A stretch of 64,000 nucleotides of DNA from positions 70,711 through 134,710 of the forward strand of contig DUVH01000024.1 in the NCBI GenBank assembly GCA_012841145.1. The letters run 5' to 3'. Made by a program: the position numbers and the translations under genes. The DNA comes from Clostridiaceae bacterium. GTDB taxonomy: Bacteria; Bacillota; Clostridia; Saccharofermentanales; DTU023. The notes below the pieces were generated by a model. The model was given only the letters and a program-made list of their open reading frames with translations. It was not told the origin of the DNA and did not search any database. This document shows positions 1 through 7,492 of this stretch, piece by piece; the first letter of the stretch is position 1; each line of letters starts with the position of its first letter.

Positions 1-97
1 TTTTTCTCCCTTCTGTGTCGCCATAGATAAGTACTGTGATAATGATCGCCGTAGCGCAAATCATTCCCACGACTGCCACGATTGTTACTCCGTTCAT
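1..97 (-). CDS. Small hydrophobic phage protein, partial (runs off the window)
   Basis: ATG at 97 is preceded by GGAAAGGGAA. The translation MNGVTIVAVVGMICATAIIITVLIYGDTEGRK... contains one TM helix. Too short for the ORF track. Confidence 0.3.
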   Translation of the reverse strand, partial: MNGVTIVAVVGMICATAIIITVLIYGDTEGRK

Positions 98-110
98 TTC
101 CCTTTCCTTT

Positions 111-347
111 CTAAATTTGGTATCCTTCTGGATACTTCGTGCTTAAGGGGCGATACTCGGATTTGAGCTCATCGCCGTTTTCGATGACTGACTTTCCACA
201 GTTTTTGCATTTCATTTTTGGGATAACGTTGTTGTGGAAGTTAGCGTCGTCGTATCCTGTGCCCCTTACCTCATGGCCGCAAAATTGACACTCATAAATT
301 GCGTAAAAATCTCTACGGTATTGGCTCGTAATCTCTTTGATTTTCAT
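111..347 (-). CDS. Small zinc-ribbon phage protein, function unknown
   Basis: 78-aa ORF with two CxxC pairs (CQFCG, CKNCG). Its start overlaps the upstream ORF stop (ATGA coupling at 344-347). Confidence 0.6.
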   Translation of the reverse strand: MKIKEITSQYRRDFYAIYECQFCGHEVRGTGYDDANFHNNVIPKMKCKNCGKSVIENGDELKSEYRPLSTKYPEGYQI

Positions 348-670
348 GCCTTTCTCCTTTCTGCTAATTCGATCAAGTCATCAAGACTGATCGCAATGAT
401 TTGTTTTGGTTTATCTTTCTCCGGTCTGGGCGGCTCGCCACCGAGACAGAAAAACATTGTTTCTTGATCCGTCCATTTGTAGGCACGTTTCCACGCCATG
501 ATGAATTCGCCCGGCATGGGTTTGCCCTCGTTGATATACCCACCAACTCTCCCAGGACTGACCACAGTTCCTATGGCGTGACTGGCGACATCGGCAAGAT
601 CCTTACGGCGAATCTTGTGAAGACGCATCCATTCGAGCAGCTCTTCGTAGTTAACAGTTGGTTGCTTCAT
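344..670 (-). CDS. Hypothetical phage early protein
   Basis: 108-aa ORF, co-directional and overlapping with 111..347. No motif recognised. Confidence 0.55.
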   Translation of the reverse strand: MKQPTVNYEELLEWMRLHKIRRKDLADVASHAIGTVVSPGRVGGYINEGKPMPGEFIMAWKRAYKWTDQETMFFCLGGEPPRPEKDKPKQIIAISLDDLIELAERRKA

Positions 671-813
671 TGTGTTTTCCTTTCTGTGCTATCCTTTCGA
701 TAAAAAGGGGTGAATAACGATGAATGATTTATGTCTTACTCCTGATGAGGCTTCTAGGATTCGCCGCTCAGTTTCATCTGATGCCTACCGAATCTCAGAA
801 GACATTTTTGAAG

Positions 814-1497
814 TCATTCAGGATCAGATACAGGCTTTTGAGACTGCAACTCCTGATGATTTAGTTCCTCTTGCATTTCTAACTCTTCCAAACAAGCTGC
901 CAATCCTTTTAAGGTCGGTAACGTTTTTCCATCCAGAGCTTCTTCTGATTGAAGGTGTGGCCAGTCAATCCCCTTCGCCAGATTCTTCTGCCGAAGTGCA
1001 TAACGTGCTAATTCACGTATCCCAGTTGGTTCTTGATCTAAGACGCTTCCCACGTCAATCCCATGAACCAGCAAAAGCGCGTATAGGATTCCATTGGTCT
1101 TCTCCAACTCGCGAAGAATCTGATTGAGCGGTTCTTCCTTTTCCAATTTGAGCTTTACCGTGTCCCCCTGAAATTCAAACCCGAAGACTGATACGTCTTC
1201 GAAACAAACGTCATCAATGGTGAGTGAATTCCTGCTGTCTAAAACGCTGAATTTGATCTTCATGCCATTCCTGCTTTGATTAAGTGGCTCGGAGGTTAAC
1301 ATTTTGCTTTTATTGATAACCTCGTCGAGGTCGTACCGTATTGCTTCCATTTCGATCAATTGTTTTTCCATCCAATCCAGCCTTTTGAAAATCCGAAACC
1401 GTCTGAAAAAACATCTGATATTTCTTGCGAGATTCCCAATAACCCTCTTCCAGTTAGCTAAGCGCTTTCTCGTCTTTCTCATCTTCTGTCCCTCCAT
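814..1497 (-). CDS. Hypothetical phage early protein
   Basis: 227-aa ORF co-directional with the flanking minus-strand phage genes. Preferred over the overlapping plus-strand ORF 720..1127 on operon logic only. Confidence 0.5.
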   Translation of the reverse strand: MEGQKMRKTRKRLANWKRVIGNLARNIRCFFRRFRIFKRLDWMEKQLIEMEAIRYDLDEVINKSKMLTSEPLNQSRNGMKIKFSVLDSRNSLTIDDVCFEDVSVFGFEFQGDTVKLKLEKEEPLNQILRELEKTNGILYALLLVHGIDVGSVLDQEPTGIRELARYALRQKNLAKGIDWPHLQSEEALDGKTLPTLKGLAACLEELEMQEELNHQELQSQKPVSDPE

Positions 1498-1859
1498 CTA
1501 GTAAAGAAGTTCTTGACCCGCTTGATGAGGCACTTTGTCAGATCGATGACCACTATAAAGAAAGCAAGAGCCGCAGCCTGAAGAAGTACTATCTCAACGA
1601 AAGAAAGTTCACTTATAGATTTGCCAAAAATCATGTTCAACATTCCTTTTCACGTGCAAAACCAATTTTGAAAAGGTTTGCAATTCTCTTTCTTATCAAC
1701 CGCATCGGTTATGCGCTTACCAACCTTGTTCCTGAAAATGAGCGGTATTCAGCCTTCCTACTAACTCTCCTAATGGCAGCAATTGCCCTTTGGCAAGAAT
1801 TGACCGAATAGCCATCGTTCCCCTTTCCTTTTGGTTAGGCTATTGACTAGAAAATAACT

Positions 1860-2060
1860 CTAGCCATTAGGTAAAAAAATTAGATTATCAATTGGAATTT
1901 GATACGTTTCTGATATGGCACGTTGCTTGTACGCTGGTATTAACTCAGGTCGCGATTCCCACTTGACAAGCGTGCCCTCGCTTACATCAAGCAGATCCGC
2001 GGCTTCAACTTGCGTTAAGCCTGCGTTTACTCGTGCCGCTCGAATGCTGATTTTTAACAT
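1860..2060 (-). CDS. Cro-like XRE-family HTH regulator
   Basis: 66 aa with the HTH_3 signature RAARVNAGLTQVEAADLLDVSEGTLVKWE. RBS GGAGGTG lies upstream. Divergent from a CI-like gene. Confidence 0.85.
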   Translation of the reverse strand: MLKISIRAARVNAGLTQVEAADLLDVSEGTLVKWESRPELIPAYKQRAISETYQIPIDNLIFLPNG

Positions 2061-2080
2061 TACATCACCTCCATGCGCAA

Positions 2081-2110
2081 ACTATAGCACAGCTCTAGTT
2101 TTCTTGTCAA
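2081..2110 (-). promoter_or_regulatory. Leftward (lytic-side) promoter TTGACA-N18-TATAGT
   Basis: Reverse complement of tgtcaa (2105-2110) and actata (2081-2086), about 20 nt upstream of the cro-like RBS. Confidence 0.5.
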
Positions 2111-2128
2111 CAGATTTTCTCTAGTATT

Positions 2129-2169
2129 TTCCAGAATTTCGTTGCAATTTTGGAAATATACTCTATAAT
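2129..2169 (+). promoter_or_regulatory. Rightward (lysogeny-side) promoter TTGCAA-N16-TATAAT, overlapped by an operator-like inverted repeat
   Basis: -35 at 2142-2147 and -10 at 2164-2169. The inverted repeat TTCCAGAATT (2129-2138) / AATTTTGGAA (2146-2155) has one mismatch and spans the -35. Confidence 0.5.
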
Positions 2170-2193
2170 TGGAATAAAAGGAGGGGCGATACA

Positions 2194-2715
2194 ATGACCG
2201 ATGATGAGCAAAGGCAGTTAGAAGTCATAGGCTACAATCTTTCTCGATTACTTAAACAAAACAATACAACACAGCGCGAACTTGCAAACGCAGTCAAGGT
2301 TTCGGAATCTGCTGTTGGCAAATGGGTGCTTGGGAGAAATGCGCCTACTATGGGAAGTGTACAAAAAATCGCCAATTACTTCGGTGTTAGAATGTCCGAC
2401 ATTCTAGAGATAAAATCTCCCCACACAGATGATATCAGTGAGCATATTGAGCGGACAGTGGAAACAATGAAACAGATGACAGCTCAAGGTCAGTCCCGTG
2501 TCGCCGACTACGCCGAAGACCTCCACGACTCCGGAAATTACAACCGCCAACCGAAAGTAATCGCTTTCCAAGAAGAGCCAGAAGACAAACCAGAAATCCT
2601 CATGGCCGCCTATGATGGCGAAGAACTCACCGACGAAGAACAAGCCGAAGCCCTCCAAGCCAGAGAAGATTTTTGGAAGAAACAGGAGAAGAGAAAACGT
2701 GACACTAACGACTAA
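2194..2715 (+). CDS. CI/ImmR-like XRE-family repressor (no S24 peptidase domain)
   Basis: 173 aa with HTH IGYNLSRLLKQNNTTQRELANAVKVSESAVGKWVLGRNAP and an acidic C-terminal tail. RBS AAAGGAGG. Confidence 0.85.
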   Translation: MTDDEQRQLEVIGYNLSRLLKQNNTTQRELANAVKVSESAVGKWVLGRNAPTMGSVQKIANYFGVRMSDILEIKSPHTDDISEHIERTVETMKQMTAQGQSRVADYAEDLHDSGNYNRQPKVIAFQEEPEDKPEILMAAYDGEELTDEEQAEALQAREDFWKKQEKRKRDTND

Positions 2716-3718
2716 TCGTTTTGATTTTTTAATTTACAAGGTGGCGGACGAAAACATCAGCGTCAATGCCATTGTCAAAGATGAAACCATCTGGCTCACA
2801 CAAAAGGCGATGGCGGAATTGTTTGATGTCGAAGTCCCTGCAATTTCTAAGCATCTGTCCAATATTTTTAACGAGGGTGAACTTGAAGCATCAGCAACTG
2901 TTTCCAAAATGGAAATAGTTCAACAGGAAGGAACTAGGGACGTCAGGCGAACGGTTGATTTTTATAACCTTGATGCCATTATCTCTGTTGGCTATCGTAT
3001 CAACTCGCGTCGTGCAACTCATTTCCGCATTTGGGCTACCAAGGTTCTGAAAGAGTACATGACGAAAGGATTTGCCTTAGATGACGAAAGACTGAAACAA
3101 GGGCGGACGGCTTTTGGGAAAGATTACTTCAGAGAATTACTAGAACGCGTCCGCTCTATCCGAGCAAGCGAACGACGCATCTGGCAACAGATCACAGATA
3201 TTTTCGCAGAGTGCAGCATCGATTATGATAAAGACTCAGACATCACCCGCTCCTTTTATTCCATGGTTCAGAATAAATTCCACTATGCCATAACTGGGAA
3301 AACCGCGGCAGAGATCGTTTACACCAGCGCGGACAGCCACAAAGCAAACATGGGATTGACGACTTGGAAAAATTCGCCCGACGGGCGCATTTTGAAATCG
3401 GATGTCAGTATTGCCAAAAACTACCTTGAAGAAAAGCAGATTAGACAGCTGGAAAGAACTGTTTCCGGTTATTTTGATTACATCGAAAGCTTAATAGAGC
3501 GTGAGAACACTTTTACAATGGAAGAGTTTGCTGCAAGCGTAAACAAATTTTTGGCATTCAGTGAATACAAAATACTTCCTGATAAGGGACGCATATCTGC
3601 GCAAGCAGCAAAAATAAGAGCAGAGAACGAATATGCAGCGTTTAACAAAACGCAAAGGATAACCTCTGACTTTGATAAGGCAACAGCAAAACTGCTGAAA
3701 GAAGAAAACAAGAAGTAG
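2699..3718 (+). CDS. RhuM-family protein
   Basis: Strong family-typical stretch WLTQKAMAELFDV...FYNLDAIISVGYRINSRRATHFRIWATKVLKEY. The ORF track starts at 2612, but GTG 2699 has AGGAG 10 nt upstream. The start is uncertain. Confidence 0.8.
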   Translation: MTLTTNRFDFLIYKVADENISVNAIVKDETIWLTQKAMAELFDVEVPAISKHLSNIFNEGELEASATVSKMEIVQQEGTRDVRRTVDFYNLDAIISVGYRINSRRATHFRIWATKVLKEYMTKGFALDDERLKQGRTAFGKDYFRELLERVRSIRASERRIWQQITDIFAECSIDYDKDSDITRSFYSMVQNKFHYAITGKTAAEIVYTSADSHKANMGLTTWKNSPDGRILKSDVSIAKNYLEEKQIRQLERTVSGYFDYIESLIERENTFTMEEFAASVNKFLAFSEYKILPDKGRISAQAAKIRAENEYAAFNKTQRITSDFDKATAKLLKEENKK

Positions 3719-3814
3719 CGGTCAACTCAAAGCAGACACCACATCTAGCGATTGCATCAAATCATCGCCTCCGATACCATAACAGAACAAAAGTTCTACA
3801 TTCGGAGGTGAGGC

Positions 3815-4288
3815 ATGACAGAGTTAGAGAAGTTAGAAGAAGAGTTGCATACAGAGTACGGACTCACCATCGACTATAAGAGAGTTGCAAACAGAGACGG
3901 CATAATAATCACAGAAGAAGGACAAACGCCTTACATCGCCGTAGATAAGCGATTAGAAGATAGAAGAAGAACAGCCGTTGCATATCATGAAGCAGGACAC
4001 CTCAAAAGAGGGATTACACGACGAACGAGAAGAGATGAGCTGAGAGCAGAACGATGGGCGATGAAGCGGCTGATAACGCTTGACACTCTGATCGAAGGCA
4101 TTAAGAGATACCCACGATCACTGCATGAGTTAGCAGATTGCATGAATGTTGATGAAGACATGTTAAGGAATTACTTGACATACAAAGGGAATACAAGACT
4201 GTACCAGGAACACGGAGACTACATTATTAGTTTTGATCCTGTGATCCTGCTGAATTGGAAAACAGGCCAGATGTGGCCGGAGGAATGA
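3815..4288 (+). CDS. ImmA/IrrE-like (Peptidase_M78-type) metalloprotease domain protein
   Basis: 157 aa with an HExxH motif in family context (RRRTAVAYHEAGHLKRG). Lies downstream of an XRE repressor. Confidence 0.6.
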   Translation: MTELEKLEEELHTEYGLTIDYKRVANRDGIIITEEGQTPYIAVDKRLEDRRRTAVAYHEAGHLKRGITRRTRRDELRAERWAMKRLITLDTLIEGIKRYPRSLHELADCMNVDEDMLRNYLTYKGNTRLYQEHGDYIISFDPVILLNWKTGQMWPEE

Positions 4289-4298
4289 GGCTACGACA

Positions 4299-5468
4299 TT
4301 GAAAAAACTACTCTTCATTTTACTTACAGTAGTATATTTCCTGATTCTGCTTGCCTTGATCGTTGGGATAGTAACGGCAATTTCTGAAAAAGAGGTAGGC
4401 TTGTTGATCTTTGTTTCGATCCTATTACTAATCCTCCTTGTAAGTTATCTGTTCATATACAAGAAGATTTACCCGAAAACACAACCAGTAGGATCAACCG
4501 CCATTACAAAACCCGAGTCTGGACGTTCACTGAGCCGGCCATCAAAGAATCGCTATCAAGTTTTAGCAACACTTAACAAAAGTACTTGTGAGTTCTGCGG
4601 CAACATGGACTTGGCGACTTTTAACGATCGAGATTATAAAGAAGGGGTAACCGCACCGCCGTTTCATGAAGGATGCCGATGCACGACAGTTCCTGTTTTT
4701 GACGATTTTGATGAGCCGGATGATAGTGGCAGGATAGCTAGAAACCCTTTTACCGGAAAGACTTACTATGTTCGAAGTGATATGAATTGGAGGGAATGGA
4801 GAGAATCATTTAATCTAAAAGATTCTAACGGAATTGTAGAGAGCTCAGGGCAGGTGTCGTTAGATTATAGTCATCAAGATCTCTCGAAAGAATGGGAATA
4901 CGGAACAGGTGACATTAGCCTGCCCGACGCTCCTATCGACGGCTTTGTACTCAACAATATGCGATACATAAAGTACGAAGACGCATCGTACAACAGGTAC
5001 CTGCTGGACGGGCGAAACAGAGATAAATTTGTTGAGATCGTATCTCAAGTAGTAGATGCAGTTAAGAGGGAGTGCAATCTATTACATGAGGTTAAATATC
5101 ACAAAATGGAGTACGAACCGAGAATCGTTAACCTCCTTAGGCATTACTCATGGGGTGTAAGCCAACAGATCACGCTGAACAATGATTTTTGTTGGCTCCA
5201 AGACACTAGATTCACGAGAACAGGGAAAATTGCTAAAAATGCCTATGTTCTGAATTTCTGGGACAATCCGGTTAGAGATTTTCTGGATTATGAAAATTAT
5301 CAAGTCTCGTTTGGGGAAGTGTCAATAACATCCGAACACAAGGTGAACAAAGGCAGATTGGTCCAACGGAAAAGTAGCAACAATCTTGTTGTCGCCGTAA
5401 AAGAGGTAAAGGGTAGTTTAGTTGTAAGCTATATCGAAGAGAACGGAAAGAACATATTGAACACTTAA
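4299..5468 (+). CDS. Membrane-anchored protein with a Phage_Mu_F / SPP1 gp7-like motif and an unknown C-terminal domain
   Basis: TTG start. Two N-terminal TM helices. The motif TLNKSTCEFCGN...GVTAPPFHEGCRCTTVP matches the MuF signature C..C...PP.H..CRC. The last 230 aa or so are unrecognised. Confidence 0.6.
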   Translation: MKKLLFILLTVVYFLILLALIVGIVTAISEKEVGLLIFVSILLLILLVSYLFIYKKIYPKTQPVGSTAITKPESGRSLSRPSKNRYQVLATLNKSTCEFCGNMDLATFNDRDYKEGVTAPPFHEGCRCTTVPVFDDFDEPDDSGRIARNPFTGKTYYVRSDMNWREWRESFNLKDSNGIVESSGQVSLDYSHQDLSKEWEYGTGDISLPDAPIDGFVLNNMRYIKYEDASYNRYLLDGRNRDKFVEIVSQVVDAVKRECNLLHEVKYHKMEYEPRIVNLLRHYSWGVSQQITLNNDFCWLQDTRFTRTGKIAKNAYVLNFWDNPVRDFLDYENYQVSFGEVSITSEHKVNKGRLVQRKSSNNLVVAVKEVKGSLVVSYIEENGKNILNT

Positions 5469-5482
5469 GAGGAAAAGAAAAC

Positions 5483-5944
5483 ATGAAGAAGACAATTATC
5501 GTTTTATTATTAGCAATCGCTCTAGTATCTGTAGTGGCCTGCTCCGGGGGAAAGGCCGGTCCCGCGGCTATTGGCGATGAAATAGACTTAGGGAAGTATG
5601 TTGTGAAGTTCACTGCAACAAAATCAGATAAGACATTTGATGAGAAAGATGTTGTGCACCTCTACTTTGATTTTACTAACAAATCTGGGGAGACCATATC
5701 GTCGAGTCACGCTTTAAGAATCAATGCTTTCCAAAACGGCGTACAGTTGACGGGCGTTCAGTTTATTGATGACACGGGAGAAGGCGACAAAGCGACTAAA
5801 GCAGTAAAAGACGGAGCCACGATAAATAATGTCCGGATAACTTTCTACGTTGAGGATACTTCCGATATCACGCTTGAAGTGTCTGAATATGTGCCGATAG
5901 GAAAGCAGCCAAAGCCAGCTGATGTCGTGATTCCTATCTCCTGA
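5483..5944 (+). CDS. Secreted lipoprotein (DUF4352/DUF5067-like)
   Basis: Signal peptide plus lipobox LVSVVAC-SGG, then a beta-rich mature part. Immediately upstream of the integrase. Confidence 0.7.
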   Translation: MKKTIIVLLLAIALVSVVACSGGKAGPAAIGDEIDLGKYVVKFTATKSDKTFDEKDVVHLYFDFTNKSGETISSSHALRINAFQNGVQLTGVQFIDDTGEGDKATKAVKDGATINNVRITFYVEDTSDITLEVSEYVPIGKQPKPADVVIPIS

Positions 5945-6083
5945 TCGGGGAGACTAAAATAACAACTGGGAAAGAATAAAGAATAGCCGTCTCTCCCACT
6001 CACCACAAGCTAAGAGACGGCCACAAAACAAGCCCGAGGCTCTGATCTGATTGTATCACAGCCTCCATGAAGGAGGTATTTTC

Positions 6084-7196
6084 ATGCCTAAGAACAGGAT
6101 ACACACTACAAAAGACGGTCGCTACACATATAGCATAACTGACGCTGTTGGAAAGCAGCACAGAATTCGGTCGCGAAAAGGTGAGCGGAAAAGCGACTTC
6201 ATGATCCGTTGCGACGCCTTGGATTCAATGAGCACTCAAGAGGTGAGCTATCGAACATTCGGAGATCTCTTCCAGGACTGGCTTAACTATGACATCAAGC
6301 GTCGCTGCTCTCAATCAGAAGTGGACGTGGTACAGTCTATCTACAGGAACCACATCGCTCCATATCTCGCTCATCGTCGTCTATCTGATATCACGAGGGC
6401 AGACGTGTATAAACTCTTAACCTCGCCTACGGTAGAAAATCTGTCATCGTCAACGCGTACCAAGATCAAGGGCTGTATCTCCAGACCGTACAAATGGGCA
6501 ATTAACAGCCTTGGTATGGTGCTCGCATCGCCAACCGACAACCTAGTTCTAAACCCCGGCAAACAAATGCCCAGAAAGAAACGGCGACGATTCATCACAG
6601 ATGAAGAAGCAGAACGGTTCTTTGAGGCCGCCAAAGATTCTAAATATTATCCGTACTTTCAGATCCTTTACCACACAGGGATGCGCCCTTCAGAGGCGTT
6701 AGGACTCCAAGCGCGAGATGTTAAGAAGGATCACTTGGAAATCAGGCGCGGTATGACACGTAACGGAGTCTCGGAGCTTAAAACAAGCGCAGCGGTACGT
6801 GACATACCGTTGACGGAGATCACGGCTCCGATTTTATACGAGCTAAGAGACAAGATGGCTTTTGTGACGCCTGAGGGATGGTTGTTTCCTGCGGCATTAA
6901 GCGCGCCATCGGCGAATGCAGTTAAGATGGCCTTGAGAAATATCCTCAAAGGTACTGGGAAATATGAACGCGGCGGCAGAAACGGTCAGAAGATTTTGCG
7001 AGTAGTTCAGCGACCTCTGCGTATCAGGTTGTACGATTTTAGGCATACCTTCGCCACACGCATGGCAGAACGAGGAATGCCACATGTGATGCTGAAGTCG
7101 ATTATGGGACACAGAAATATCTCGATTACGCTATCTTATTACACCGAAATAACTGAAGCGATGATCGATGATGCAAGGCGAATAATGGCGCTCTGA
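6084..7196 (+). CDS. Tyrosine-type site-specific integrase
   Basis: C-terminal catalytic region TGMRPSEALGL...LYDFRHTFATRM...IMGHRNISITLSYYT (R..HxxR..Y). ATG 6084 has GGAGG upstream. The ORF track start at 6051 is probably too early. Confidence 0.9.
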   Translation: MPKNRIHTTKDGRYTYSITDAVGKQHRIRSRKGERKSDFMIRCDALDSMSTQEVSYRTFGDLFQDWLNYDIKRRCSQSEVDVVQSIYRNHIAPYLAHRRLSDITRADVYKLLTSPTVENLSSSTRTKIKGCISRPYKWAINSLGMVLASPTDNLVLNPGKQMPRKKRRRFITDEEAERFFEAAKDSKYYPYFQILYHTGMRPSEALGLQARDVKKDHLEIRRGMTRNGVSELKTSAAVRDIPLTEITAPILYELRDKMAFVTPEGWLFPAALSAPSANAVKMALRNILKGTGKYERGGRNGQKILRVVQRPLRIRLYDFRHTFATRMAERGMPHVMLKSIMGHRNISITLSYYTEITEAMIDDARRIMAL

Positions 7197-7336
7197 TGTG
7201 TACCAAATTTGTACCAAATAGGTTTTGCGTTTAGGAAGCTTTTTTGGAAATATAAGCCCGAGACGATCTCCTGAAAGCCTTACAGCGCAGCCTTTACAGG
7301 GATTTACCATTCATTGCAAAAACATTCGTGTCTTAG

Positions 7337-7381
7337 CTTACAAGCAAGGGGTCATCGGTTCGAGCCCGGTTGCTCCCACCA
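7337..7381 (+). other. 3' half of tRNA-Val(UAC), from the anticodon loop to CCA. Putative att core, not an intact tRNA.
   Basis: CTTACAA anticodon loop, GCAAG, GGGTC variable loop, T-arm ATCGG-TTCGAGC-CCGGT, and acceptor TGCTCCC-A-CCA. No D-arm or matching 5' acceptor (GGGAGCA) is present upstream. Confidence 0.75.
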
Positions 7382-7390
7382 AACGCAAAT

Positions 7391-7420
7391 CGCTGAAACG
7401 AATGTGTTTCAGCGGTTTTG
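7391..7420. terminator. Rho-independent terminator hairpin
   Basis: CGCTGAAAC-gaatgt-GTTTCAGCG followed by GTTTT. It sits right after the tRNA fragment and about 75 nt beyond the hppA stop on the other strand. Confidence 0.7.
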
Positions 7421-7492
7421 CTTTACAGAAGTTTTGTTCAGTTCTTAAATTGTGGATCAAATGGAATCAACGATCCAACTCACCGTCAGGCA

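Larger units (their letters stand above)
1..7381. mobile_element. Right-hand end of an integrated temperate phage / integrative element (lysogeny module plus first early genes); it continues beyond the left window edge
   Basis: A tyrosine integrase lies next to a 45-nt tRNA 3' fragment. There is a divergent XRE/Cro-type repressor pair, an ImmA-like protease, and RhuM and MuF-domain cargo. The region is visibly more AT-rich than sequence right of 7.5 kb. Confidence 0.8.

Noticed and set aside
720-1127. Plus-strand 135-aa ORF overlapping minus-strand ORF 814..1497 in the phage early region.
   Set aside because: All neighbouring early genes are on the minus strand and tightly packed, and the plus-strand ORF has no obvious RBS or motif. 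I cannot formally exclude it, so the choice rests on operon logic.
1641-1859. Small minus-strand ORFs in the phage early region. One is 32 aa (MAIRSILAKGQLLPLGELVGRLNTAHFQEQGW) with an AAAGGGGA RBS. The other is a membrane peptide of about 55 aa at about 1475-1642 (MLNMIFGKSISELSFVEIVLLQAAALAFFIVVIDL...).
   Set aside because: They are plausible phage micro-ORFs but too short to support from sequence alone, so they are not listed as features.
7225-7381. Possible complete tRNA gene next to the integrase.
   Set aside because: Only the anticodon loop through CCA is tRNA-like. No D-arm or 5' acceptor strand (GGGAGCA) exists upstream, so it is reported as an att-type tRNA fragment rather than a tRNA gene.
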